From assembly GCA_951812955.1 (NCBI GenBank), contig OX638340.1, positions 2,176,001 to 2,240,000 on the forward strand: 64,000 nucleotides of DNA, given 5' to 3'. Of this stretch, positions 20,890 through 30,676 are shown one piece after another. The DNA comes from an uncultured Gemmatimonadota bacterium. Lineage in GTDB: Bacteria > JAAXHH01. The notes beneath the pieces were generated by a model that made no database searches, was not told the DNA's origin, and saw only the letters and a list, made by a program, of their open reading frames with translations. The position numbers were made by a program, and so were the translations under genes. The stretch's first letter is position 1. Each line of letters begins with the position of its first letter.

Positions 20890-21004
20890 GGATGCTACTC
20901 CTCGTATCCTGCGCTGCGCCCGGCGATATGCCCATGATCTCTTAAGGCGTACGCCGGCGTTCCCCTGACCTCTTCAGCCGTACACCGGCATTTCCTCAAT
21001 CTCT

Positions 21005-22099
21005 TCAGCCGTATAATGGCGTTCCCGTGATGAGAAAATCGCCGCCCAACCGTTCCACCTGCGGATCGTTCAGGTCGATCGCCTTCGAGAGATCGTCCAG
21101 TTGCAGGCCGGCGATCGAGGGGATCCCCGCGCCCAGAATGCGCGGCGCGACGAAACAGGCGATCCGGTCTACGGCCTTTTCCCGAAGGAATGAAGCGGCC
21201 ACGCGGCTTCCGCCTTCCACCATTAGGGTCACGATCCCTGACCTGCCAAGTGCCGATTTGAGCGGATCCACGGGGACAGATCCGTCCCCGCCTTCCATTA
21301 CGAGCACTTCGGCGCCCGCCCCTTTCAGCCCGTTTATCCGATCTGCCGGCGCCGCTTCCGTAACGCACACGGTCGCCGGCGCGTCACCATTCAATATACG
21401 CGCGTCCAGCGGAGTCCGTGCCCGGCTGTCGAGCACGATGCGACGGGGCTGTCGGCCGTCCACGTGCCGGACCGTGAGCCGCGGGTCGTCCGCCAGCACG
21501 GTGTCGATGCCCACGAGCACGGCGTCCGCCCGGCTGCGCATCAGGTGTACCCGTTTTCTGGCGGCCTCCCCGGTGATCCACTGCGATTGGCCGTTCCGCG
21601 TGGCGATGCGGCCATCCAGCGTCTGGGCCAGCTTGAGCAGCACGAAGGGCTGGCCGGTTGTCCGGTGGTGGACATAGGCCGCGTTCAGTTCCCGCGCTTC
21701 CGCCTCCAGGAGGCCCGTCTCCACTGCGATACCCGCGGCGCGCAACCTTTCAATCCCCTTGCCGGAAACGCGCCGGTCCGGATCGGCCATGGCGAGGTGG
21801 ACGCGGACGATGCCCGACGCGATAATCGCGTCCGTGCACGGAGGCGTACTGCCCTGGTGGCAGCAGGGTTCCAGGGTAACGTACAACTCGGCCCCTCGAC
21901 CGCGGTCGCCGGCTTCGCGCAGGGCCTGGGGCTCCGCGTGCTGTCCTCCGTATTCCCCGTAGTATCCCCGGCCCAGAACGATGCCGTCGCGGACGACCAG
22001 AGATCCCACCATGGGATTGGGACTGGTCCGGCCAATTCCCTGCTCCGCCAGGTCCAGTGCCTGGCGCATGAATAACGCGTCTTTTTCCGATTTCGTCAT
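21005..22099 (-). CDS. ribD: Bifunctional diaminohydroxyphosphoribosylaminopyrimidine deaminase / 5-amino-6-(5-phosphoribosylamino)uracil reductase
   Basis: Deaminase HAE...PCxxC motif and a C-terminal RibD_C reductase domain. Probable start MTKSEKDALFMRQALDLA at 22099. Confidence 0.8.
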   Translation of the reverse strand: MTKSEKDALFMRQALDLAEQGIGRTSPNPMVGSLVVRDGIVLGRGYYGEYGGQHAEPQALREAGDRGRGAELYVTLEPCCHQGSTPPCTDAIIASGIVRVHLAMADPDRRVSGKGIERLRAAGIAVETGLLEAEARELNAAYVHHRTTGQPFVLLKLAQTLDGRIATRNGQSQWITGEAARKRVHLMRSRADAVLVGIDTVLADDPRLTVRHVDGRQPRRIVLDSRARTPLDARILNGDAPATVCVTEAAPADRINGLKGAGAEVLVMEGGDGSVPVDPLKSALGRSGIVTLMVEGGSRVAASFLREKAVDRIACFVAPRILGAGIPSIAGLQLDDLSKAIDLNDPQVERLGGDFLITGTPLYG

Positions 22100-22146
22100 G
22101 GCGTAAGCTAGGGTATCTGCGAAGAAGGTGTCAAGGCCTTTTGCCC

Positions 22147-22175
22147 TTGACAACAGGGGGTTCGCCCCCTAGTTT
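22147..22175 (+). promoter_or_regulatory. Sigma70-like promoter for ilvE (TTGACA-17-TAGTTT)
   Basis: TTGACA at 22147-22152, a 17-nt spacer that is itself a GGGGGTTCGCCCCC hairpin, then TAGTTT at 22170-22175, about 65 nt upstream of the ilvE ATG. The -35 lies inside a palindrome (GTCAAGGccttttgCCCTTGAC) that also reads TTGACA on the minus strand, toward ribD. Confidence 0.45.
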
Positions 22176-22242
22176 GCGCCAGATTGTATGGGGCGTAACG
22201 AACACCGCAGACGCGTACCGAACCGCCGAAAGGAGACCGGGC

Positions 22243-23166
22243 ATGGCCACCCTGCCTGAGGCCGAATTCATCTGGTTCAATGGAAAACTCGTACCCTGGC
22301 AAGACGCGAAGATACACGTGCTTTCCCACGTGGTCCATTACGGTTCGAGTTTTTTCGAGGGCATGCGCTGCTACGAGACGAAGCGGGGCCCCGCGGTGTT
22401 CCGGCTGGACGAACACGTGGACAGGCTGTTCGACTCCTGCAAGATCTACCGGGTTGAGATCCCCTATTCCCGGGACCAAATCCGGGACGCCGTCCTCGAG
22501 ACCATCCGGTCCAACAAGCTGGGTTCCTGTTACGTCCGCCCCGTGGTGTACCGCGGGTACGGACTACTCAGCGTCGACCCCCTGGGCTGCCCCGTGGAAG
22601 TCGCCATCGGGACATGGAACTGGGGCGCCTATCTCGGTGCCGACGTCCTGGAAAACGGCGTGGACGTATGCATCTCATCCTGGAGCCGTCCCGCGCCGAA
22701 CACCCATCCTGCCCTGTCGAAGGCCGGGGGTAACTACCTGAACTCCCAGCTGATCCGCATGGAGGCCATCGAGAACGGGTATAGCGAGGGCATCGCCCTG
22801 AACACCAACGGCCTGATCAGTGAAGGCAGCGGCGAGAACATCTTCGTCGTGAAAGACGGCCGGGTCATCACCAACAGCCTGGCGGCCTCGGTACTGGGCG
22901 GCATCACGCGCAACTCCGTCATGACGCTCGCACAGGACGCCGGGTTCGAGATCGTCGAACAGGATATCCCCCGGGAGATGCTTTACATCGCCGACGAGGT
23001 TTTCTTCGTGGGCAGCGCCGTGGAAGTGACGCCGGTCCGGTCCATCGACCGCATAGACGTCGGCGACGGTTCCCGCGGCCCGGTCACCAAGGAGATCCAG
23101 GACCGGTTCTTCGCGGTTACCACCGGCGAGGGCGAGGATACCCATGGCTGGTTGGCGTATGTGTGA
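22243..23166 (+). CDS. ilvE: Branched-chain amino acid aminotransferase
   Basis: MATLPEAEFIWFNGKLVPW is a class IV PLP aminotransferase start. AAGGAGA RBS 8 nt upstream. Confidence 0.85.
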   Translation: MATLPEAEFIWFNGKLVPWQDAKIHVLSHVVHYGSSFFEGMRCYETKRGPAVFRLDEHVDRLFDSCKIYRVEIPYSRDQIRDAVLETIRSNKLGSCYVRPVVYRGYGLLSVDPLGCPVEVAIGTWNWGAYLGADVLENGVDVCISSWSRPAPNTHPALSKAGGNYLNSQLIRMEAIENGYSEGIALNTNGLISEGSGENIFVVKDGRVITNSLAASVLGGITRNSVMTLAQDAGFEIVEQDIPREMLYIADEVFFVGSAVEVTPVRSIDRIDVGDGSRGPVTKEIQDRFFAVTTGEGEDTHGWLAYV

Positions 23167-23280
23167 GTTGAATCGCCGGTCGTAGCGATCGGGAAGAATA
23201 CGGGCGCGCCCAGGGAATCAAACAGTGAGCCGACGGTAGAGGCGACGCCCATTCGTGACGTTACATCCCGGTTCTCCGGC

Positions 23281-26200
23281 CTATCTGTTCCAGTCGGACA
23301 AATCGGGTACGCCCCAGCTGACGACGACCTCCAGTCCCGGTTCCGGTAACGCCCGCCGCGCGGTCTGTAGGCCCGTCGACGGCGCCGTCCAGTTCCGCAG
23401 CAAACCCCGCACCCGCCCGTCTACCGGATCCAGGAGGAGCGCCGCAGAGCGGTCATCCCCATCGTACTCGCTTTCTTCGCCGCCCAGCGTCGCGACGCCT
23501 TCGGGACCGGAAAGCACGATGCGTGAAAGCCGGCTGGACCAGTCTAGCCGGACCGGAATGACGAAGGCAAAGGAACCACCCTCGCCGTCGGCGATCTCGG
23601 CCATGCCGAAGCGCAGGCTGAACAGCGCGCCCCCTCCTTCGTCTTCGCCGACGATCCGGTACGGACCATCCAGTCGGGGCATGGATGCAGGCGCGTCAAT
23701 GGCGAAAGCCGGTTCAAGCACTATATCACCGTCGCTGTTCACACCGCCCCAGAGCAGCAGGCTGCGCGTGGACGGCGCGAAGGCCGCTGCCATCCGGGTT
23801 TCCCGTGTCTGCGACAAGCGGTAGCCCATGGCCTTGTTGAAATTGTAATCACTGATCCAAGCGGGATCGCAGTAGCCCATCAGATCCGGTGTACTCGGGT
23901 CCACTAATCTCCCCTCGAGAAGGTCATATCCCCATGCGCCTATCGAACCATCCGGATAGGGATATTCGGGATCGGGTCCACCGGCATCACCGCACGGGGC
24001 ATGAAATAAGTTCAGATTGTGGCCTAGTTCGTGGGCGATGGTAAATCCACTGAGGCCTGAGATAGTCACGTTTCCCGGCAGCTCACCCCGACCTCCGCCG
24101 TTTCTCAGCATACCCATGTAGTGTCCGGCCCCACCTTCCATGGTTGCAATTACCCCGGTAAGCCGGAAAACTTCAGATCGGTTTTCCCACACCGGATCCA
24201 CCGATATCGAGACAGGTTCATGAACATTCAGCACGAAGTCGCCCACGGGAAGGATATCGCGCGTCAATCGGAACAGGTCGGATTCAGCATTAAGTCCATC
24301 GATCTGCGCCAGGTACGATTCGTCGGGATGCTCCGTCCAGAGGAACGGAATCAGAGTGAGTTCAAAAGGCGGTAGATTCACCACGTCCACGGGCATTCGG
24401 CCCTCACGGGGAAGGCGGCCGGAGATGCCCAGAGCCGGATCCAGGCCGCCGTCCGGATCGATCTCGACGACCATCTCCAGCCCTGGCGCCAGAACGCGAC
24501 CGGGAATCCGTGCGTTGGCTGTAGCCGATAGATCTCCCTCTTCGATCTGCCGGGGAATAGTAGTGCCGCTGCCTGGTATGTCTACAGCATACACTTCGGC
24601 GCCGCGCTCGTAAAAGGTGGCCCGCACGGGAGGCAAGGCGGCATCCGGATCCGATTCCGACGTAATGAAAACGCGGAGTAGCGCATCTTCTCCCGCCATC
24701 AGGGGAACCGGATACGCGAGCGACTGCGTCGCCTGGGTAACGTAGGCCGCTGATCCTCCACCCCCTACGCCGCAGTCGGCAACCCGATTGTTCGGAATAC
24801 CCCGCAGCCAGTCCTGGAAACCGGGATCAGAAGGCGCACATAGTTGCGTTCCGCCAAGCAGGAGTTCTTCCAGGTCCAGGTTGGTCAACGTCGGAGGCAG
24901 TACGCCGGACATGTCTGCATTATCCGTAAGACCCAGCGACTTGAGTCCGACAAGACCACCGAAGGTTCGCGGGATATTGCCTCTAATCCTGTTGTACGAA
25001 AGACGCAGCTGTTCAAGGTTGCCGAGTTGGCCCAATTCCGGAGGGATCAGACCCGTCAACTGGTTGTTGGCAAGCCACAGTCTCTCGAGGTTGCCGAGTT
25101 GGCTTATTTCCAAGGGGATCGGCCCCGACAACTGATTGTTGGAAAGCTGCAGAATCACGAGGTTGCCGAGTTGGCCTATTTCCGAGGGGACCGGACCCGT
25201 CAACTGATTGTTGGTTAGATGCAGAATCTCGAGGTTGCCGAGTTGGCCTATTTCCAAGGGGATCGGACCCGACAATTGATTTTTGGAAAGCTGCAGTGTC
25301 TTGAGGTTGCCAAGTTGGCCTATTTCCGTGGGGATCGGACCCGACAACTGATTGAAGTCAAGCCCCAGCCATTCGAGGTTGCCGAGTTGGCCTATTTCCG
25401 TAGGGATCGGACCGCTTATTGAGGTGCCTTGAATTCCCAGCTTTTCGAGGGCGCCGAGTTGGACCAATTCCGGAGGGATCGACCCCGTCAACCGGGTGAA
25501 GTTAAGGTTCAGGTTTTCAAGGTTATGTAGTTGTCCGAGTTCCGGAGGAATCGACCCTGTCAACTGATTCCCGCCAAGAGACAATTCTGTGAGGTTTTGT
25601 AGTTGTCCAAGTTCCGGAGGAATCGACCCTGTCAACTGATTCCCGCCAAGAAACAATGTTGCGAGGTTATGAAGCTGTCCAAGTTTCGGGGGAATCGAAC
25701 CTGTTAACCGATTCTCGCCAAGGTATAATACTGTGAGATTGTAGAGCTGTCCAAGTTCCGGGGGAATCGAACCTGTTAACTGATTCCCACCAAGAGACAA
25801 TCTATTGAGTTTAATTAGTTGTCCGATATCAGGCGGTAACACTCCCAGAAGATTGTTCGCAGCTAAGCTCAGCCCTGTTGCCTCTCCACTTGAGTTGGTT
25901 GCCACGCCATGCCATTCGTCTAGTCGCGAATCGCTCAGCCAATTTGTACTGTTGGTCCAGTTTGGACCATTCGTACTGTTATATAGGGCAGCTAAGGGAT
26001 AGTAGTCCCGCCGCATTTCGGTGCAGTTCATTACTTTTTGTTGAGGTATGCCATCCAGCCATTCCTGAAACTGGGTATCCACCGGTGCGCACAGTTGTGT
26101 TCCCTCAAGTTCCAATTCAAGTAATCCGATACTCGTGAATGAATGTGGTACTGGTCCGATAAGCCCGGAATTGGATGAGAGATTCAGCACTTCAAGATTT

Positions 26201-28443
26201 GCCAGATCGCTCAACTGGCTTGGAAGCGATCCAGTCATATTGTTGTTGGCAAGCTCCAGCGCTCTCACCCTACCGCCGGCCCCCACAGACACGCCGTACC
26301 ACTCGTACAGCGGCGCATCGCTCAGCCAGTTTTCATCGTTCGACCATGATGCCCCGTCTGTTGCCCTGTAAAGCGCGATCAGGGTGCCCGAATCGCAGAA
26401 GACGGCGCCTCTCTTCGTTGAGATTCCGCTGAGCCACTTCTGGAATGCCGGGGTGCTGGGTATACACAGATCCGTAGATTCCATCTCAAGTGACTCAGGT
26501 TTTGTCTGAATAAGCGCCGGCGGCAACGGTCCGGTGAGTTCACGGTTATGGCTGAGACTCAGAATCCGCAGGCTTTTAAGGTTGCCCAATGCTGGCGGAA
26601 TTTGACCCGATAACCGATTCCGGCTGAGATGCAACCGTCGAAGGTTAGCCAGATTGCCCAGCTCAGGCGGAATCGAGCCGGACAGCTCGTTGTTATCAAG
26701 ATACAGACCTTGCAGGTTTTCAAGGCTCCCCAATGCTGGCGGGATCGGACCGGACAACTCGTTGCTCCCAAGATTCAGCTCTTGCAGGTTTTTCAGGTTG
26801 CCCAATACTGGCGGAATCGAGCCGGACAGCTCGTTGCCCCCAAGTTCCAGATATTGCAGGTTTTCAAGATTGCCCAGTTCAGGAGGAATCGGTCCCGACA
26901 ATTCGTTGCCCGCAAGATACAGATACTGCAGATTTTCAAAGCTGCCCAGTTCGGGCGGGATCGGACCGGACAATTCATTGTTCCAAAGACTCAGGTATTG
27001 TAGGTTTTCAAAGCTGCCCAGTTCGGGCGGGATCGGACCGGATATACGATTTCGGTAAAGATCCAGCTTATGTAGGCTGTCCAGGTTGCTCAACTCGACC
27101 GGGATTGAGCCGGACAACCCGTTCTCTTTGAGAACCAGGCTTGTGACGCGGCCCACGACGTTTGTCGTGACTCCGTACCACGCTTCGAGCGGCCCGTCGC
27201 TCAGCCAGTTGTCGTTGTTGCCCCAATTGGGGCCGTCGGTGGCGTTGTAAAACGCGGTCAGCCCCGCTCGATCAGTGCGGTCATCTGTGACCATTATCTC
27301 CACATTGGCAGACGCGCTGCCGGCACGCGCCGTGACCGTTGCGCTGCCGTTGCCGACCGCCGTCACCAGACCCTGAGAACTCACCGTCGCCACCGACGCG
27401 TCGCTGCTCTGCCAGTCCACGACCGCACCAGCTACCGGCTGGCCGTTCTGATCGAGCACCGATGCCGTCAACTGCACAGTCTCCCCCAGGGACATCAGCG
27501 TCGCCGCCGCCGGCTCGATTACCACGCTGCCCGCAGACTGCATGACCGTCACCGGGACGCTCCCGGACGCGCTGCCGGCACGCGCCGTGACCGTTGCGCT
27601 GCCGTTGCCGACCGCCGTCACCAGACCCTGGGAACTCACCGTCGCCACCGACGCGTCGCTGCTCTGCCAGTCCACGACCGCACCAGCTACCGGCTGGCCG
27701 TTCTGATCGAGCACCGATGCCGTCAACTGCACAGTCTCCCCCAGGGACATCAGCGTCGCCGCCGCCGGCTCGATTACCACGCTGCCCGCAGACTGCATGA
27801 CCGTCACCGGGACGCTCCCGGACGCGCTGCCGGCACGCGCCGTGACCGTTGCGCTGCCGTTGCCGACCGCCGTCACCAGACCCTGGGAACTCACCGTCGC
27901 CACCGACGCGTCGCTGCTCTGCCAGTCCACAACCGCACCAGCTACCGGCTGGCCGTTCTGATCGAGCACCGATGCCGTCAACTGCACAGTCTCCCCCAGG
28001 GACATCAGCGTCGCCGCCGCCGGCTCGATTACCACGCTGCCCGCAGACTGCATGACCGTCACCGGGACGCTCCCGGACGCGCTGCCGGCACGCGCCGTGA
28101 CCGTTGCGCTGCCGTTGCCGACCGCCGTCACCAGACCCTGGGAACTCACCGTCGCCACCGACGCGTCGCTGCTCTGCCAGTCCACAACCGCACCAGCTAC
28201 CGGCTGGCCGTTCTGATCGAGCACCGATGCCGTCAACTGAGCCGTCGATCCTAAGGAGTTGAGCGTAACCGACGAAGGGGTGATCGTAACTCGGGTGGGT
28301 ATGGGCGTTACGGAGACTGGAGGAGGCTGTTCAGGCGGTTTCGGCTTTGTCGGGCTGTCCTTGCCACAGGTAACCATCGCAAGAAGGGTCAGACATGCTA
28401 CTGGGATCAGAATAAGACGTGAGACGGCTGGAGGCGGAGTCAT
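23281..28443 (-). CDS. Giant secreted lipoprotein: signal/lipobox, 4x Big_2 Ig-like repeats, 3 blocks of plant-specific-type LRRs each with an LRRNT_2-like cap, C-terminal metzincin-like zinc metalloprotease domain
   Basis: 1720 aa. N-terminus MTPPP...LLAMVTCGKD has a lipobox-like Cys. The 85-aa Big_2-like unit is repeated from near-identical 255-bp DNA units. Many 24-residue LxxLxxLxLxxNxLSGxIPxELGxLxN repeats follow N-caps of the form ALYxATDGxxWxNxxNWLSDxPLxEWxGV. The zinc site reads TIAHELGHNLNLFHAP, i.e. HExxHxxNxxH. Confidence 0.8.
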   Translation of the reverse strand: MTPPPAVSRLILIPVACLTLLAMVTCGKDSPTKPKPPEQPPPVSVTPIPTRVTITPSSVTLNSLGSTAQLTASVLDQNGQPVAGAVVDWQSSDASVATVSSQGLVTAVGNGSATVTARAGSASGSVPVTVMQSAGSVVIEPAAATLMSLGETVQLTASVLDQNGQPVAGAVVDWQSSDASVATVSSQGLVTAVGNGSATVTARAGSASGSVPVTVMQSAGSVVIEPAAATLMSLGETVQLTASVLDQNGQPVAGAVVDWQSSDASVATVSSQGLVTAVGNGSATVTARAGSASGSVPVTVMQSAGSVVIEPAAATLMSLGETVQLTASVLDQNGQPVAGAVVDWQSSDASVATVSSQGLVTAVGNGSATVTARAGSASANVEIMVTDDRTDRAGLTAFYNATDGPNWGNNDNWLSDGPLEAWYGVTTNVVGRVTSLVLKENGLSGSIPVELSNLDSLHKLDLYRNRISGPIPPELGSFENLQYLSLWNNELSGPIPPELGSFENLQYLYLAGNELSGPIPPELGNLENLQYLELGGNELSGSIPPVLGNLKNLQELNLGSNELSGPIPPALGSLENLQGLYLDNNELSGSIPPELGNLANLRRLHLSRNRLSGQIPPALGNLKSLRILSLSHNRELTGPLPPALIQTKPESLEMESTDLCIPSTPAFQKWLSGISTKRGAVFCDSGTLIALYRATDGASWSNDENWLSDAPLYEWYGVSVGAGGRVRALELANNNMTGSLPSQLSDLANLEVLNLSSNSGLIGPVPHSFTSIGLLELELEGTQLCAPVDTQFQEWLDGIPQQKVMNCTEMRRDYYPLAALYNSTNGPNWTNSTNWLSDSRLDEWHGVATNSSGEATGLSLAANNLLGVLPPDIGQLIKLNRLSLGGNQLTGSIPPELGQLYNLTVLYLGENRLTGSIPPKLGQLHNLATLFLGGNQLTGSIPPELGQLQNLTELSLGGNQLTGSIPPELGQLHNLENLNLNFTRLTGSIPPELVQLGALEKLGIQGTSISGPIPTEIGQLGNLEWLGLDFNQLSGPIPTEIGQLGNLKTLQLSKNQLSGPIPLEIGQLGNLEILHLTNNQLTGPVPSEIGQLGNLVILQLSNNQLSGPIPLEISQLGNLERLWLANNQLTGLIPPELGQLGNLEQLRLSYNRIRGNIPRTFGGLVGLKSLGLTDNADMSGVLPPTLTNLDLEELLLGGTQLCAPSDPGFQDWLRGIPNNRVADCGVGGGGSAAYVTQATQSLAYPVPLMAGEDALLRVFITSESDPDAALPPVRATFYERGAEVYAVDIPGSGTTIPRQIEEGDLSATANARIPGRVLAPGLEMVVEIDPDGGLDPALGISGRLPREGRMPVDVVNLPPFELTLIPFLWTEHPDESYLAQIDGLNAESDLFRLTRDILPVGDFVLNVHEPVSISVDPVWENRSEVFRLTGVIATMEGGAGHYMGMLRNGGGRGELPGNVTISGLSGFTIAHELGHNLNLFHAPCGDAGGPDPEYPYPDGSIGAWGYDLLEGRLVDPSTPDLMGYCDPAWISDYNFNKAMGYRLSQTRETRMAAAFAPSTRSLLLWGGVNSDGDIVLEPAFAIDAPASMPRLDGPYRIVGEDEGGGALFSLRFGMAEIADGEGGSFAFVIPVRLDWSSRLSRIVLSGPEGVATLGGEESEYDGDDRSAALLLDPVDGRVRGLLRNWTAPSTGLQTARRALPEPGLEVVVSWGVPDLSDWNR
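27311..28238. repeat. Near-identical 255-bp tandem repeat array (about 3.6 copies) encoding Big_2-like Ig domains
   Basis: Copies begin at 27311, 27566, 27821 and 28076. The plus-strand antisense ORFs 27339-27545, 27594-27800 and 27849-28055 are identical. Confidence 0.9.
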
Positions 28444-28861
28444 GATCCGAAACGGCTGGGACTTGGAGCGTTGTCCCTTGGGAAGGACCAGAAGGATTCT
28501 CAGGTTAAGGAACCTCTAGTCAAGTTCCTGGCATATACTGCGTAAATAACGGAACCCTTCATTAATTCTGCACGGCTAAGAGGAAGCATATCGAATGCCT
28601 GTCAGGCAAGAAGCATAATCCGTCTAGAAGTAGCGGTCACACTATTTAAGTCCGACCCGACCACGACCGCACAAAAACATCGACAATATACTACACAAAA
28701 TAAAAGGTTAATAACCTAAGGAACCTCTGATCAAGCCCCTGACGTTGTTTTCGTGGATAAAGTAGATCATGCTAATATAATACAGGATAAAGAGTGATTT
28801 GTGCGTGAATAAAACGCCATATAAGAAGAATATTACGCGAATATCAGTCTTGGAATATCTT

Positions 28862-30093
28862 AAAGGAACCTTCGATCAAGTTCTTGGCGTTGTTTTCGTG
28901 GATAAGGTAATATGAACTCGGTATCCGTCGTACGTTGTGCAGCGCCTTCTCAACTTTAAGATCAAACGGGGTACGCGTTCATGAAACAATCGAGTTTTTT
29001 CGATATGGCCTACGATCAGAAGAAGAAAACGCGCAAGGAACGCTTTCTGGGTGAGATGGATGCGGTGCTTCCCTGGGACCTGTTGCTCGCGCCCATCCTG
29101 GCGCACTATCCGAAGGCGGGAGGCGGCAGGCGCCCCATAGGGGCTCCGGTGATGCTCAGGATCTACTTCATGCAGCAGTGGTACGGCCTTGGCGATCCGG
29201 CCATGGAAGACAGTCTCTACGACGTGGAATCGATGCGCCGCTTCGCAGGCGTGGATCTTGGCGGCGTGCCCGACGAGACGACGATCTGCAAGTTCCGCCA
29301 CCTCTTGGAAGCCCATGGACTGACCGAAGCGTTGTTCGAGCAGACAAAGCGCTATCTGTCGGATCGGGGCATGATGGTGAGCGAAGGCACGATCGTGGAT
29401 TCAGGCGATCATCCATGAGCCGTCGTCGACGAAGAACAAGGAGGGTAAGGGGGACCCCGAGATGGCCTTACGCGAAGAAGGGCAACACCTGGCACTTCGG
29501 CATGAAGGCCCACGTGGGCAGCGATCCGAAGGGACGGGTGCACAGCGTGGTGGCCACGCCCGCCTCGGTCCACGACGCCAAGGCGATGGAGGCCTGCCTG
29601 CATGGACAAGAAAAAGCGATCTACGGCGACAAGGCCTATGCGGACCAGGTGAGAAAGCAAAGGGCAGAAGAGGAAGGGATCGTATGGCGGGTGCATCGCA
29701 AGGCCAACAGGGGCAGGCGCCTCAACTGTGCGGACCGGTCGTTCAACCGAAAGAGCAATCGCGTACGAGCAAGGGTCGAACATCCCGTTGGCATCATCAA
29801 AAACCTGTGGGGCTATCGAAAGGTCAGGTACCGGGGTCTTGCCAAGAACACGGCCCATCTCTTCACCCTGTTCGCCCTGGCCAACTTCCAGTCCGAAGGG
29901 AACTGGCGCTCACATGGGAAGCAGTCCGTCCAGACCTGGCGAAACCGAGCACAATGGCCGATACGGGACCCATCTGAGGCCAAAAACACCCTCGCAAGTA
30001 CCCCAAACGACACCATTTTCAACATGATCGTCCTCTAAACTGACTCATATCATACCTCTTGGCCGGACAACCGGGTTGATCAGAGGTTCCTTA
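28862..30093 (+). mobile_element. IS5-family insertion sequence (about 1.23 kb) with terminal inverted repeats AAGGAACCTCTGATCAA / TTGATCAGAGGTTCCTT
   Basis: Left IR at about 28863 (aaggaaccttcgatcaag). Right IR at 30077-30093 is its exact complement with one mismatch. The transposase ORFs lie between them. Confidence 0.7.
28981..30038 (+). pseudogene. IS5-family DDE transposase, disrupted by two frameshifts (split over three frames)
   Basis: The N-terminal part (frame 1 to about 29395) ends EGTIVD. The IS5 hallmark IIHEPSSTKNKEGKGDPEM is in frame 2. KKGNTWHFGMKAHVGSD and the rest of the DDE domain are in frame 3 to 30038. Both shifts are +1, so they do not compensate. Confidence 0.7.
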
Positions 30094-30676
30094 AATGACT
30101 ACATTTCGACATGCTACTGTCTCAAAGTCATGATATGACATCCTGCAACTCACAATACATGTATCATGGTAGTAATGCGAATGCCATTTCTACGATATGT
30201 TCGTCTCATACATCACCAACTTCACCTCCCCCCACCCCAAACCGGCTTGTACCTTGGGGATGGAATTAGGACCTGGTGAAAGCTGTTCGATCGGCAGTGC
30301 AACGTTTGAAGTCAGGGATGACGGGTTCGGTTGTGTCGTAGGCATATGTGTGCAGGTACCGGTCTTACATTGAACAACTTCAGAGCTAGCAAAATAGCCG
30401 GCACCTCCTGTTGGAGAATTGACGGACTACCCTAGCGTTTGAGTCGGATTTGCAATATTAGCCCGGATGCCTATGGTGGTTTTGTGCAGCCAGTGAGTTA
30501 CGAGAATAGATGTACTTCCAGTAAACGTGGAAATGGACTCACTTTAGTCGCATCGGGTCAAAGGAAAGCTACTGATCCGGACTTACGCAGACCGGGTCAC
30601 TTTTTAGCGGCTACCCATAGAACTTAAGAATACAAAAAGACCGACGCCCGGTTGGGTTACAACTGCGTCGCTTCTA

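Noticed and set aside
22100-22242. Possible FMN riboswitch upstream of ribD.
   Set aside because: No conserved FMN-element sequence blocks recognisable by eye on either strand. Left as a question to resolve with cmsearch.
24788-27131. Run of plus-strand ORFs with repetitive peptides (e.g. ...EVAELAYFQGDRTRQL...).
   Set aside because: They are the antisense of the LRR repeats of the giant minus-strand gene. Their periodicity mirrors the 72-nt LRR unit.
30094-30676. About 580-bp AT-richer non-coding stretch after the IS right end. Checked for tRNA or ncRNA.
   Set aside because: No cloverleaf-compatible sequence or conserved ncRNA motif recognisable. Likely a decayed mobile-element remnant or promoter region. 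Mentioned in the IS finding context only.
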